A stretch of DNA of 32,000 bases from the NCBI GenBank assembly GCA_934647235.1, contig CAKUFG010000016.1, positions 7,282 through 39,281 of the forward strand. Reading direction: 5' to 3'. The translations under genes and the position numbers were made by a program. The DNA is from an uncultured Clostridia bacterium. GTDB taxonomy: Bacteria > Bacillota > Clostridia > Christensenellales > Aristaeellaceae. The notes beneath the pieces were generated by a model. It was not told the DNA's origin. It made no database searches and was given only the letters and a program-made list of their open reading frames with translations. Of the stretch, positions 1 through 7,234 are shown piece by piece. Each line of letters starts with the position of its first letter. Position 1 is the first letter of the stretch.

Positions 1-594
1 AATATCGCCGCGCACGCGGAAGGTGGAGCGGCCAAAGGAGATATCGTTGCGGGCAAACTGGATTTCTACCAGCCTGCGCAGCAGCTCGTCCAGCGGCAGC
101 GTCATGCCAGGGCGCAGCGAAATCATCTGCCCGGCATATTCGCTGGGGTCGCCCATGGAATAGATGCAGCTGACCGACGCCACAATAATCACATCCCGGC
201 GCTCCTGCAGGGCGGCGGTGGCGCTGTGGCGCAGGCGGTCGATTTCATCGTTGACCGACGAATCCTTTTCAATGTAGGTATCTGTGGAGGCGATGTAGGC
301 TTCCGGCTGATAATAATCGTAGTAGGATACAAAGTATTCCACCGCGCTGTCGGGGAAAAACGCCTTGAACTCAGAGCACAGCTGGGCGGCCAGCGTTTTA
401 TTGTGCGCGATTACCAGCGTTGGGCGCTGCACGCGCTCGATGACCGAGGCCATGGTAAACGTCTTGCCCGAGCCTGTTACGCCCAGCAGCGTCTGCGCCT
501 TGAGCCCCTTTTCAAAGCCCTCCGCCAGGGCGGCGATGGCCTGCGGCTGATCGCCCCGTGCGACGTAGGGCGCTTTCAACACAAACTTTCCCAT
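1..594 (-). CDS. uvrB: excinuclease ABC subunit B (UvrB), first 198 codons; gene continues past the window start
   Basis: Missing from the ORF track because it runs off the edge. Reverse translation from ATG (592-594 rc) gives [53 protein letters not shown]...[16 protein letters not shown]...SCIY, i.e. Walker A GSGKT and the typical UvrB N-terminus. AAGGAG RBS lies just upstream. Confidence 0.9.
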   Translation of the reverse strand, partial: MGKFVLKAPYVARGDQPQAIAALAEGFEKGLKAQTLLGVTGSGKTFTMASVIERVQRPTLVIAHNKTLAAQLCSEFKAFFPDSAVEYFVSYYDYYQPEAYIASTDTYIEKDSSVNDEIDRLRHSATAALQERRDVIIVASVSCIYSMGDPSEYAGQMISLRPGMTLPLDELLRRLVEIQFARNDISFGRSTFRVRGDI

Positions 595-611
595 GAAAGC
601 TCCTTCAAAAC

Positions 612-625
612 AGAATGTATATTCG
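612..625 (-). promoter_or_regulatory. candidate SOS/LexA (Cheo-box-like) operator in the uvrB promoter
   Basis: The minus strand reads CGAAT-ATAC-ATTCT, a palindromic variant of CGAAC-N4-GTTCG. It sits 6-19 nt downstream of the uvrB -10, over the likely transcription start. Confidence 0.35.
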
Positions 626-630
626 CATTT

Positions 631-659
631 ATTATACCACTGTTTGCAGCATTTGCCAA
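631..659 (-). promoter_or_regulatory. sigma-A type promoter of uvrB
   Basis: The minus strand reads TTGGCA (654-659), an exact 17-nt spacer, then TATAAT (631-636). Confidence 0.6.
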
Positions 660-836
660 GCAAAAAGATTTGCCATGGCTGCGCGGGGCAAATCGCGGCT
701 ATTCGCGCGTTTGCCTGCCTAAAATCGGCTTGGAAACGGTGCTTTCGGGCTTTTTGATGGGGCATGCCAAAGAAATTGCGGCGCACAATGATGCGTGCCG
801 GGATCAAGCCGGCAATGCAATTGGAGGTGCGCAATC

Positions 837-2087
837 ATGCCGGTGTATACCATCAGACATTCTCCTGCGCTGCATGGCGAAGCGCAGATCAATACGTCCA
901 AAAACGCGGTGCTGCCCATCCTGGCCGCGGCGCTGCTGTGCTCCTCGCCGGTGACCATCCATCGCGCGCCCAGGCTTACCGATGTGGATCACATGCTGCG
1001 CGTGCTCACGGACTGCGGCGCGCGCATCGAGCGGCAGGATCGGGATATCACCATCTATCCCGCAGCGCTGCGCCAGCCGCAGGAGCCGCAGAACCTGCAT
1101 AGCCTGCGCGCGTCCATCCTGGTGCTGGGGCCGCTGTGCGTGCGGCTGGGCGAGGCGATTGTGCCGCTGCCGGGCGGCTGCGCCATCGGCCAGCGTCCGG
1201 TGGATATCCACCTGAACGGTCTGCGCGCGATGGGGGCGGAAACTGAGCAGGCGGATAACTGCGCCGTTGCCAGGGGTCGTCTGCGCGGGGCCAACATCTA
1301 TCTGGACTTTCCCAGCGTCGGCGCAACGGAAAACCTGCTGATGGCCGCCGCCCTGGCCGATGGGGTGACGCGCATTGAAAACGCGGCCAAGGAGCCGGAG
1401 ATCGTAGATCTGGCGGATTTCCTGAACCTTGCCGGCGCGCACATCGTGGGCGCGGGCACGGGCACGCTGGTGATCGAGGGCGTATCGCGCCTGAGCGGCG
1501 TGGAGTATACGCCCATTGCCGACCGCATCGAGGCGGGCACGCTGGCATGCGCGGCGGCCATTACCAAGGGCAGCATGCTGCTGTGCGGCGTGCATGGCGA
1601 GCATCTGCGGGCGCTGCTGTTCAAGCTGCGCGAGATGGGCCTGCTGGTGCAGGAGGATGCGCGCGGCCTGTGTCTGCGCGGCCAGGTGCGCCACGGGGCG
1701 GATATCCGCACGCTGTCCTATCCGGGGTTTCCCACTGATTTGCAGGCCCCGATGATGACGGTTGCCTGCGCGGCGCGAGGGCGCAGCGTGTTTCTGGAAA
1801 CGATTTTTGAAAACCGCTACATGCACGCAATTTCGCTGTGCCGCATGGGTGCGGATATCCGCACCGAGGGCCGCATGGCCGTGGTGGAGGGCGGGAAGCC
1901 GCTCAGCGGCGCAGTGGTGGAGGCAACCGATCTGCGCGCCGGGGCGGCGCTGATGCTGGCTGGGCTGATTGCTCAGGGGGAAACGACGCTGCTGGATGAG
2001 CCGGGGCACATCTGCCGGGGCTATGAGGGGCTGGATGAAAAGCTGCGCGCGCTGGGCGCAGATGTTACAATTGCGCCCCTTCATTGA
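837..2087 (+). CDS. murA: UDP-N-acetylglucosamine 1-carboxyvinyltransferase (MurA)
   Basis: MPVYTIRHSPALHGEAQINTSKNAVLPILAAALL..., active-site loop LPGGCAIGQRPVDIHL, full-length EPSP-synthase fold. Start taken at ATG 837 (GGAGG 8 nt upstream) rather than the track start at 795. Confidence 0.93.
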   Translation: MPVYTIRHSPALHGEAQINTSKNAVLPILAAALLCSSPVTIHRAPRLTDVDHMLRVLTDCGARIERQDRDITIYPAALRQPQEPQNLHSLRASILVLGPLCVRLGEAIVPLPGGCAIGQRPVDIHLNGLRAMGAETEQADNCAVARGRLRGANIYLDFPSVGATENLLMAAALADGVTRIENAAKEPEIVDLADFLNLAGAHIVGAGTGTLVIEGVSRLSGVEYTPIADRIEAGTLACAAAITKGSMLLCGVHGEHLRALLFKLREMGLLVQEDARGLCLRGQVRHGADIRTLSYPGFPTDLQAPMMTVACAARGRSVFLETIFENRYMHAISLCRMGADIRTEGRMAVVEGGKPLSGAVVEATDLRAGAALMLAGLIAQGETTLLDEPGHICRGYEGLDEKLRALGADVTIAPLH

Positions 2088-2111
2088 CAAAGCTGGGCGC
2101 GCCGTCTATAA

Positions 2112-2888
2112 TTGAAGCTACTAAAGAAGGGAGAATTATCCGCTTTGAAGCTTGTACGATGGATCCTGGTCTTGCTGCTTACCGCCGCAGCAGTGGTGAT
2201 GGTGATGTCCCCGTCGCTGCTGGTGGGTGTGTTGCCCCAGGTATGGCTGGATGCGGCCAGCCTGAAGGATTTTCCGCTGCTGAAAAGCTGCACGGCGCTG
2301 GCCGGGCAGCTGATTGGCGCTGTGCGCGGCCAGGTTGCGCCGGGGCTGGCAATGGTGACGGAATCGCTGGAGGCGGATTTTCTGCAGGGGCTGCTGTCGC
2401 TCCTGATGGTATCAGTGTTGACCATTCCGGTGTCGCTGATTCTGGGATTTTTGCTGTATAAGCCGCTTTATTCCGGGCCGCTTGTGCGCGGCGCGCTGTA
2501 CTGCTCGCTCAATCTGGTATCGGTGATGCTGGCCTGGGTGCTCTACCGGCAGGTTTATTTCCCGGTGGTTGTGCAGGGGCTGATCGAGCAGAACATCACC
2601 GATCAGACCATGCAGGGCGTCGTCAGCTTCCTGACGCAGTTTTTATCCGCTGCCGCTATCGGCGCGGTGACGATTAAAATCGCCCTGGCCGTCGTGGCGG
2701 CAAAGGTGGTGCTGGGCAAGGTGGTGCTGCCGCTGATCGGCACGCTGGTGCGCACCTTCCTGTTTGCGCTGATTGTGGCGCTGCTGATGCTGCTGCAGGC
2801 CGATCTGACGGTCTGGACGATTATCCTGCCATTGATCCTGGGCGTGCTGATTCTCAGCGGCCTGAGCGACTGCGCCTTTGGATGCTGA
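2112..2888 (+). CDS. multi-pass integral membrane protein of unknown function
   Basis: The ORF is hydrophobic throughout, with at least 6 predicted TM stretches, and has GC3-rich codon usage like its neighbours. The start is uncertain: TTG 2112 from the track, or in-frame TTG 2145 lying 11 nt after GGGAGA (2129-2134). Confidence 0.6.
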   Translation: MKLLKKGELSALKLVRWILVLLLTAAAVVMVMSPSLLVGVLPQVWLDAASLKDFPLLKSCTALAGQLIGAVRGQVAPGLAMVTESLEADFLQGLLSLLMVSVLTIPVSLILGFLLYKPLYSGPLVRGALYCSLNLVSVMLAWVLYRQVYFPVVVQGLIEQNITDQTMQGVVSFLTQFLSAAAIGAVTIKIALAVVAAKVVLGKVVLPLIGTLVRTFLFALIVALLMLLQADLTVWTIILPLILGVLILSGLSDCAFGC

Positions 2889-2945
2889 AAAAAACGCAAT
2901 GCGGGATCAAGGACGGACGCTCATGATACAAGCTCCAAAAACAAT

Positions 2946-2979
2946 AAAACCGGCCGATGTTTATGCTCGGCCGGTTTTT
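2946..2979. terminator. bidirectional intrinsic terminator
   Basis: CCGGCCGA (2950-2957) pairs with TCGGCCGG (2967-2974). The stem is flanked by an A-run upstream and a T5 run downstream. Confidence 0.75.
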
Positions 2980-3016
2980 CATGTTCGCATGGCAGCCTGC
3001 TGGCGGGGACGGCGAT

Positions 3017-3048
3017 CAAAACCGTTTGCGGAGAGCAAGCCCGCACGG
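3017..3048 (-). terminator. probable terminator of the XRE-family gene
   Basis: The minus strand reads CCGTGCGG-loop-CCGCaaACGG (8 bp with a 2-nt bulge) followed by UUUU. Confidence 0.45.
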
Positions 3049-3098
3049 AATGGCCGCATAAAGGGGGGATCCGTTCGACAGGCTGGAAATTGTATTTG

Positions 3099-3530
3099 TC
3101 ATTTATTCTGTGCCGATCCATCTATTTCAATCATGGAATGACTGCTATTCGCGTCAAATTCATTTGATGTATTTGCCCGAAATAAGGTAATCGCTAAGAT
3201 ATTTAAGATCATGATTGCCAGCACGATCATGCCGATGGTTTTCCATATTGCTTTGCTTCGTCTGTTCTTTATTGCTAATTGTTCGCTAATCTTGGCAAGC
3301 TGCTCAGCTACAGCATCCTTGTCAGCTTCTTCCATTATTGTTCCTCCAAGCAAAACGCTGACCTTTGTATCCAATACTTCTGCAATTTGAGACAGCACAT
3401 CAGCGTCTGGAACCGATAGCCCCTTTTCCCATTTGCTTACAGTTTGTCTTACAACATTGATTTTGATGGCCAATTCTTCCTGCGTATACCCTTTGGCTTT
3501 TCGCATTGCTTTCAGGTTTTCGCCGAACAT
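3099..3530 (-). CDS. XRE-family helix-turn-helix transcriptional regulator with C-terminal transmembrane anchor
   Basis: MFGENLKAMRKAKGYTQEELAIKINVVRQTVSKWEKGLSVPDADVLSQIAEVL is a canonical Cro/C1 HTH. It is followed by a charged linker and one TM (IGMIVLAIMILNILAITLF). Start chosen at ATG 3530, 8 nt after AAGGAGG; the ATG at 3536 is too close to the RBS. The gene is far more AT-rich (about 40% GC by eye) than its flanks. Confidence 0.85.
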   Translation of the reverse strand: MFGENLKAMRKAKGYTQEELAIKINVVRQTVSKWEKGLSVPDADVLSQIAEVLDTKVSVLLGGTIMEEADKDAVAEQLAKISEQLAIKNRRSKAIWKTIGMIVLAIMILNILAITLFRANTSNEFDANSSHSMIEIDGSAQNK

Positions 3531-3572
3531 ATGCATGTCCTCCTTATGCTTTGATGAGCTTAGTCTACATGA

Positions 3573-3601
3573 ATATGCCCGTTGCCTCAAGCAACGCATA
3601 T
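3573..3601. promoter_or_regulatory. imperfect 11-bp palindrome; candidate operator of the XRE regulator or RNA hairpin after ansA
   Basis: ATATGC-cc-GTTGC ctcaa GCAAC-GCATAT. It lies 43-71 nt upstream of the XRE start codon and 26 nt downstream of the ansA stop. No U-run follows on either strand. Confidence 0.35.
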
Positions 3602-3626
3602 TAACATGGCGGCTTTCTGATCGCCT

Positions 3627-4598
3627 TCAGGACATCTCCAGGCACAGGCTCTGGCGCAGCAGGTCTTTACGCACATCGGGCTTGCCCAGCACCCACATCA
3701 GCTTGGCCACGGCGGCCTCAGTGGTCATATCGCGGGCGTTATAGATATTGCTGCCGGTGATGTCGCGGCCAACCTCATAGATGGAAAAGTCGGCTTTTTC
3801 ATACATGCACTGCGTGGCTACCAGCGTGATGATGCCCTGCTCGGACAACTCGTGCAGCGCGCCCACTAAATTGCGGCGGATATAGTGCAGTCCGCCCAGG
3901 CCGAATGCTTCCATTACCAGCCCTTTGCAGCCCATGGCTGCGATGTGGCGGAAAACCTCGGGCGAGGTGCCAGGGAATAGCTTGAGCAGAAACACGTTGG
4001 GGTTGATTTCATCGCCGAAGGCCTCGGGAGCCAGCGCCGCGTGCTCGATGGGATGGTAAACATGCAGCCCAACCGCGTCGCTTTCGCCGCACAGCGGGGC
4101 GTTGACGCTGTCGAAGGCGTCAAAGGAGGTGGTGCGCATCTTGACCGCGCGCGTGCCGGCAATCAGCTTATGATGGAAGCAAACATATACGCCGCGCGAT
4201 ACCGAGCGGGCGGCCTCGGCGGCCTCCAGCAGGTTGACCCGTGCGTCTGTGATGGCGTGATCCAAAGGCAGCTGCGAGCCGGTGAGGACGACGGGCTTAT
4301 CAATATCCAGCAGCATAAAGGACAGCGCCGCAGCGGTATAGGCCATGGTGTCCGTGCCGTGGGTGATGATGCAGCCGTCCGCGTCCCGCAGCGCGCGGCG
4401 CACGGCGGCAGCCAGTACGCGCCATTCCTCGGGCTGGATGTTGCTGGAATCCAGATGAAAGATATCCTGACCAACGCAGCTGTCGATGGGGCAGCGGCGC
4501 AGTATATCCGCCGCCGTCAGCGCGGGGGCCAGGCCCCGGTCGCTCTGCGCGCTGGCAATGGTGCCGCCGGTGGCCAGCAGCACAAGTCGCTTTTGCAT
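3627..4598 (-). CDS. ansA: L-asparaginase, type I (cytoplasmic)
   Basis: MQKRLVLLATGGTIASAQ... (TGGTIA motif), HGTDTMAYTAAALSF, full-length asparaginase/glutaminase fold. Start at ATG 4598 rather than the track start at 4736. Confidence 0.9.
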   Translation of the reverse strand: MQKRLVLLATGGTIASAQSDRGLAPALTAADILRRCPIDSCVGQDIFHLDSSNIQPEEWRVLAAAVRRALRDADGCIITHGTDTMAYTAAALSFMLLDIDKPVVLTGSQLPLDHAITDARVNLLEAAEAARSVSRGVYVCFHHKLIAGTRAVKMRTTSFDAFDSVNAPLCGESDAVGLHVYHPIEHAALAPEAFGDEINPNVFLLKLFPGTSPEVFRHIAAMGCKGLVMEAFGLGGLHYIRRNLVGALHELSEQGIITLVATQCMYEKADFSIYEVGRDITGSNIYNARDMTTEAAVAKLMWVLGKPDVRKDLLRQSLCLEMS

Positions 4599-4841
4599 GG
4601 CGATTGTCCATTCCTTTCGGGTGATGGGCTCAGTATACCACAGCGCGCGCGAAAAGAAAACGAACGCACAAAAATTTTCAAAAAAATTTAGCAGGTATTG
4701 GCAGGAATTCTTGCACGCATGTCGAAAATAATACACCAGAGAGGCAAGAGAGACGTGAGAACGGCTGCAGGGGCAGCCGGAAAAAAACAGGCAGGGCGCA
4801 TTCCGCCCCGGCCCTTATTCTGCAACGAAAGGAGCACCCCT

Positions 4842-5372
4842 ATGAAGACGACCATTACCGCGAAAAACATGACCGTAAGCCCCGCCATCACCGCGCGCAT
4901 CATGAAAAAGACCGCCACGATGGAGCGCTATCTCAAGCCCGATACGCAGATGTTTGTGCGCATGCGCAAGGAGCGCAACCTGCGCATCGTTGAAATTACC
5001 GTTCCCATCGACGGCGTTACCCTGCGCGCCGAGGCCAGCAGCGAGGACAACCTGTTTATGAGCATCGACAAGGCGCTGGCCAAGCTGGAGCGCCAGATCC
5101 TGCGCCACCGCACCAAGCTGGAAAAGCGCCTGCGCGAGGATATCCCCGCCGAGACGCCCGAGTTTATCGAGGAAGCGCCGGAGCAGGGCGAGCGCAAGGT
5201 GGTGCGCACCAAGACCTATACCACCCGTCCCATGCATGTGGAGGACGCGATCCTGCAGATGGAGCTGCTGGGTCACAGCTTCTTCGTGTTCATCAACATC
5301 GAAACCGAGCAGACCAACGTGCTCTATCTGCGCAAGGATGGCAACCTGGGCCTGCTGGAGCCGGAATACTGA
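4842..5372 (+). CDS. hpf: ribosome hibernation-promoting factor, long form (HPF/RaiA family)
   Basis: MKTTITAKNMTVSPAITARIMKK... is a sigma-54-modulation/S30EA N-domain. The C-terminal dimerisation domain reads PMHVEDAILQMELLGHSFFVFINIETEQTNVLYLRKDGNLGLLEP. AAAGGAG RBS lies 7 nt before ATG 4842. Confidence 0.92.
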   Translation: MKTTITAKNMTVSPAITARIMKKTATMERYLKPDTQMFVRMRKERNLRIVEITVPIDGVTLRAEASSEDNLFMSIDKALAKLERQILRHRTKLEKRLREDIPAETPEFIEEAPEQGERKVVRTKTYTTRPMHVEDAILQMELLGHSFFVFINIETEQTNVLYLRKDGNLGLLEPEY

Positions 5373-5397
5373 TTTTCATATATCGCCATAAATTTTT

Positions 5398-5438
5398 GCC
5401 GGGCGGTCGGTTTTGCGGCCGTCCGGCCTTTTTATTTT
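5398..5438 (+). terminator. intrinsic terminator after hpf
   Basis: 12-bp GC-rich stem GCCGGGCGGTCG/CGGCCGTCCGGC (two G-U pairs), followed by CTTTTTATTTT. Confidence 0.8.
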
Positions 5439-5490
5439 ACCGGGATTGTGCTATAATTCCGTGCAGTAAGTTTTTACGGAGGAAGCCGCA

Positions 5491-6180
5491 ATGTACAAGC
5501 TTGAAATGCACGTGCACACCTCGCCCACCAGCCGCTGCGCCAGCGCCAAGGCCGAGGACGCCGTGGCCCAGTATACTCAGGCAGGCTATCATGGTCTGGT
5601 GCTGACCAACCATATCAACAACAGCACCTATCGCTATATGGAGGATATGCCCTGGAACGAAAAGGTGGCGCATTTTGTGCGCGGGTTTGAGGATATGCAG
5701 CGCGCTGCGGCGGGCAGGCTGACGGTGCTCTTTGGCTGCGAAATCAACCTGACGCCCCTGGGCGCGCCCAAGTATATTCCCAACGATTATCTGATTTACG
5801 GCGCTACGCCCCAGTGGCTGCTGGAGGCGGGCGATGTGCGGCGCATGTCGCTGGAGCAGCTTTCAGAAAGCGCGCGAAAGGCGGGCTTTCTGATCGTGCA
5901 GGCGCATCCCTTCCGCTATAATACCGTTATTATGAATGATCAGCTGCTGGACGGCGCGGAGGTTTATAACGCCAACAAGAACCACGATTCGCACGATTAT
6001 CTGGCCGAGCTGTGGGCTGAGAAAAAGCATCTGATCCGCACTGCCGGCTCGGATTTCCATGATCCGCATGATCACACGGCGGCGGGCATCATGACGGAGG
6101 AGCCCATCGAGGATAACGAAACGCTGCTGCGCGTGCTGCGCAGCGGGGCGTATCAGCTGATTCGTCCCGATATGGATTAA
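5491..6180 (+). CDS. PHP-domain metal-dependent phosphoesterase
   Basis: The N-terminal MHVHTSPTS motif and later H/D clusters (AHPF, GSDFHDPHDH) are typical of the polymerase/histidinol-phosphatase fold. GGAGGA RBS present. Confidence 0.8.
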   Translation: MYKLEMHVHTSPTSRCASAKAEDAVAQYTQAGYHGLVLTNHINNSTYRYMEDMPWNEKVAHFVRGFEDMQRAAAGRLTVLFGCEINLTPLGAPKYIPNDYLIYGATPQWLLEAGDVRRMSLEQLSESARKAGFLIVQAHPFRYNTVIMNDQLLDGAEVYNANKNHDSHDYLAELWAEKKHLIRTAGSDFHDPHDHTAAGIMTEEPIEDNETLLRVLRSGAYQLIRPDMD

Positions 6181-6195
6181 CAAAAAACAAAGATT

Positions 6196-6234
6196 GCGGG
6201 GAACGGTGCAGGATGCGCGCTGTCCCCGCTTTTT
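6196..6234 (+). terminator. intrinsic terminator after the PHP gene
   Basis: GCGGGGA (6196-6202) pairs with TCCCCGC (6223-6229), followed by T5. Confidence 0.6.
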
Positions 6235-6299
6235 GATTGTAATTGCGGGGCGGATGTGCTATGATATGCCTACCAAGCAGAACAAAGGACGGTGCGGCA

Positions 6300-7055
6300 A
6301 TGAAACTGATCAGCTGGAATGTAAACGGCCTGCGCGCGGCGATGGGCAAGGGCTTTATGGATACCTTTGCGCAGCTGGACGCGGATGCTTTCTGCCTGAA
6401 CGAGACCAAGCTGCAGCCGGGGCAGATCGAGCTGGACCTGCCGGGCTATCATCAGTATTGGAACAGCGCGGAGAAAAAGGGCTATTCCGGCGTGGCCGTC
6501 TTTACCAGGCAGGAGCCGTTGAGCGTGCGCTATGGCATCGGCGTGGATGAGTTTGATCACGAGGGCCGCGTGCTGACGCTGGAAATGCCACAGTTCTATT
6601 TGGTATCCTGCTATACGCCCAACTCCCAGGATGGACTCAAGCGTCTGGAATACCGCATGCGTTGGGAGGATGCGTTCCTTTCCTATCTTAAATCGCTGGA
6701 AAGGGAAAAGCCGGTTGTGCTCTGCGGCGATCTGAACGTGGCGCATCAGGAGATCGATATCAGAAACCCCAAGTCCAACCGCATGAACGCGGGCTTTACC
6801 GATCAGGAGCGCGAAAAGATGACGCGCCTGCTAAACGCGGGCTTTGTGGATACCTTCCGCGCGCTGCATCCGGATGAAACGGGTGCGTACAGCTGGTGGT
6901 CCTATCGCTTCCATGCGCGCGAAAACAACGCAGGGTGGCGCATCGACTACTTTATCGTATCGGAGTCCCTGCGCGGGCATGTGCGCGAGGCGGCCATCCA
7001 TCCCGAGATTTTCGGCTCCGATCATTGCCCGGTGGAGCTGGTGCTGGATATCTGA
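6300..7055 (+). CDS. xth: exodeoxyribonuclease III (AP endonuclease, Xth/ExoA family)
   Basis: MKLISWNVNGLRA..., NETK, GDLNVAHQEIDI, SDHCPVELVLDI. Start at ATG 6300 rather than the track start at 6243. Confidence 0.93.
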   Translation: MKLISWNVNGLRAAMGKGFMDTFAQLDADAFCLNETKLQPGQIELDLPGYHQYWNSAEKKGYSGVAVFTRQEPLSVRYGIGVDEFDHEGRVLTLEMPQFYLVSCYTPNSQDGLKRLEYRMRWEDAFLSYLKSLEREKPVVLCGDLNVAHQEIDIRNPKSNRMNAGFTDQEREKMTRLLNAGFVDTFRALHPDETGAYSWWSYRFHARENNAGWRIDYFIVSESLRGHVREAAIHPEIFGSDHCPVELVLDI

Positions 7056-7113
7056 GCGGCGCGTTATATCGGCTCAGGTGGAACAGAAAATGTAAATTAT
7101 CCGCCAGTTCTGC

Positions 7114-7140
7114 CGTTTTGTGGGGGATAGCTACACAAAA
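7114..7140 (+). other. 8-bp inverted repeat hairpin between xth and the next promoter
   Basis: GTTTTGTG (7114-7121) pairs with CACAAAAC (7133-7140) around an 11-nt loop. It ends 3 nt before the -35 element at 7144 and has no clear U-run. Confidence 0.3.
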
Positions 7141-7143
7141 CTG

Positions 7144-7172
7144 TTGACAATTCGTAATAAATTTGATATAAA
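7144..7172 (+). promoter_or_regulatory. sigma-A type promoter of the VanY-like gene
   Basis: TTGACA (7144-7149), 17-nt spacer, TATAAA (7167-7172). Confidence 0.6.
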
Positions 7173-7234
7173 AAAGATGGATTCATTTATATGAACGGTT
7201 TGCCCGCGCCTGCGCGGACAGAAAGGTGTTTTTC

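Noticed and set aside
795-836. Upstream-extended starts suggested by the ORF track for murA (795), XRE (3599), ansA (4736), hpf (4698), xth (6243), VanY-like (7226), asp23 (14549), comEA (11499), xseB (19703) and the post-ispA protein (20807).
   Set aside because: In each case an internal start codon has a properly spaced Shine-Dalgarno sequence and matches the conserved family N-terminus. The extensions add non-homologous Arg/Cys-rich residues or overlap the upstream gene.
3063-3082. GGGGGGATCCGTTCGACAGG resembles the 5' end of tmRNA (GGGG....GG.UUCGAC.GGG).
   Set aside because: The spacing from the 5' G-run to UUCGAC is about 4 nt too short. No tag reading frame or tRNA-like 3' end (GGTTCGA.TCC...CCA) follows. 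The downstream sequence is the antisense of the XRE gene. Most likely a chance match.
2878-3141. 87-aa + strand ORF and 66-aa minus strand ORF (2921-3121) between the membrane-protein gene and the XRE gene.
   Set aside because: They span two terminator hairpins, have no RBS, and translate to basic, Cys-rich sequences. I treat them as intergenic.
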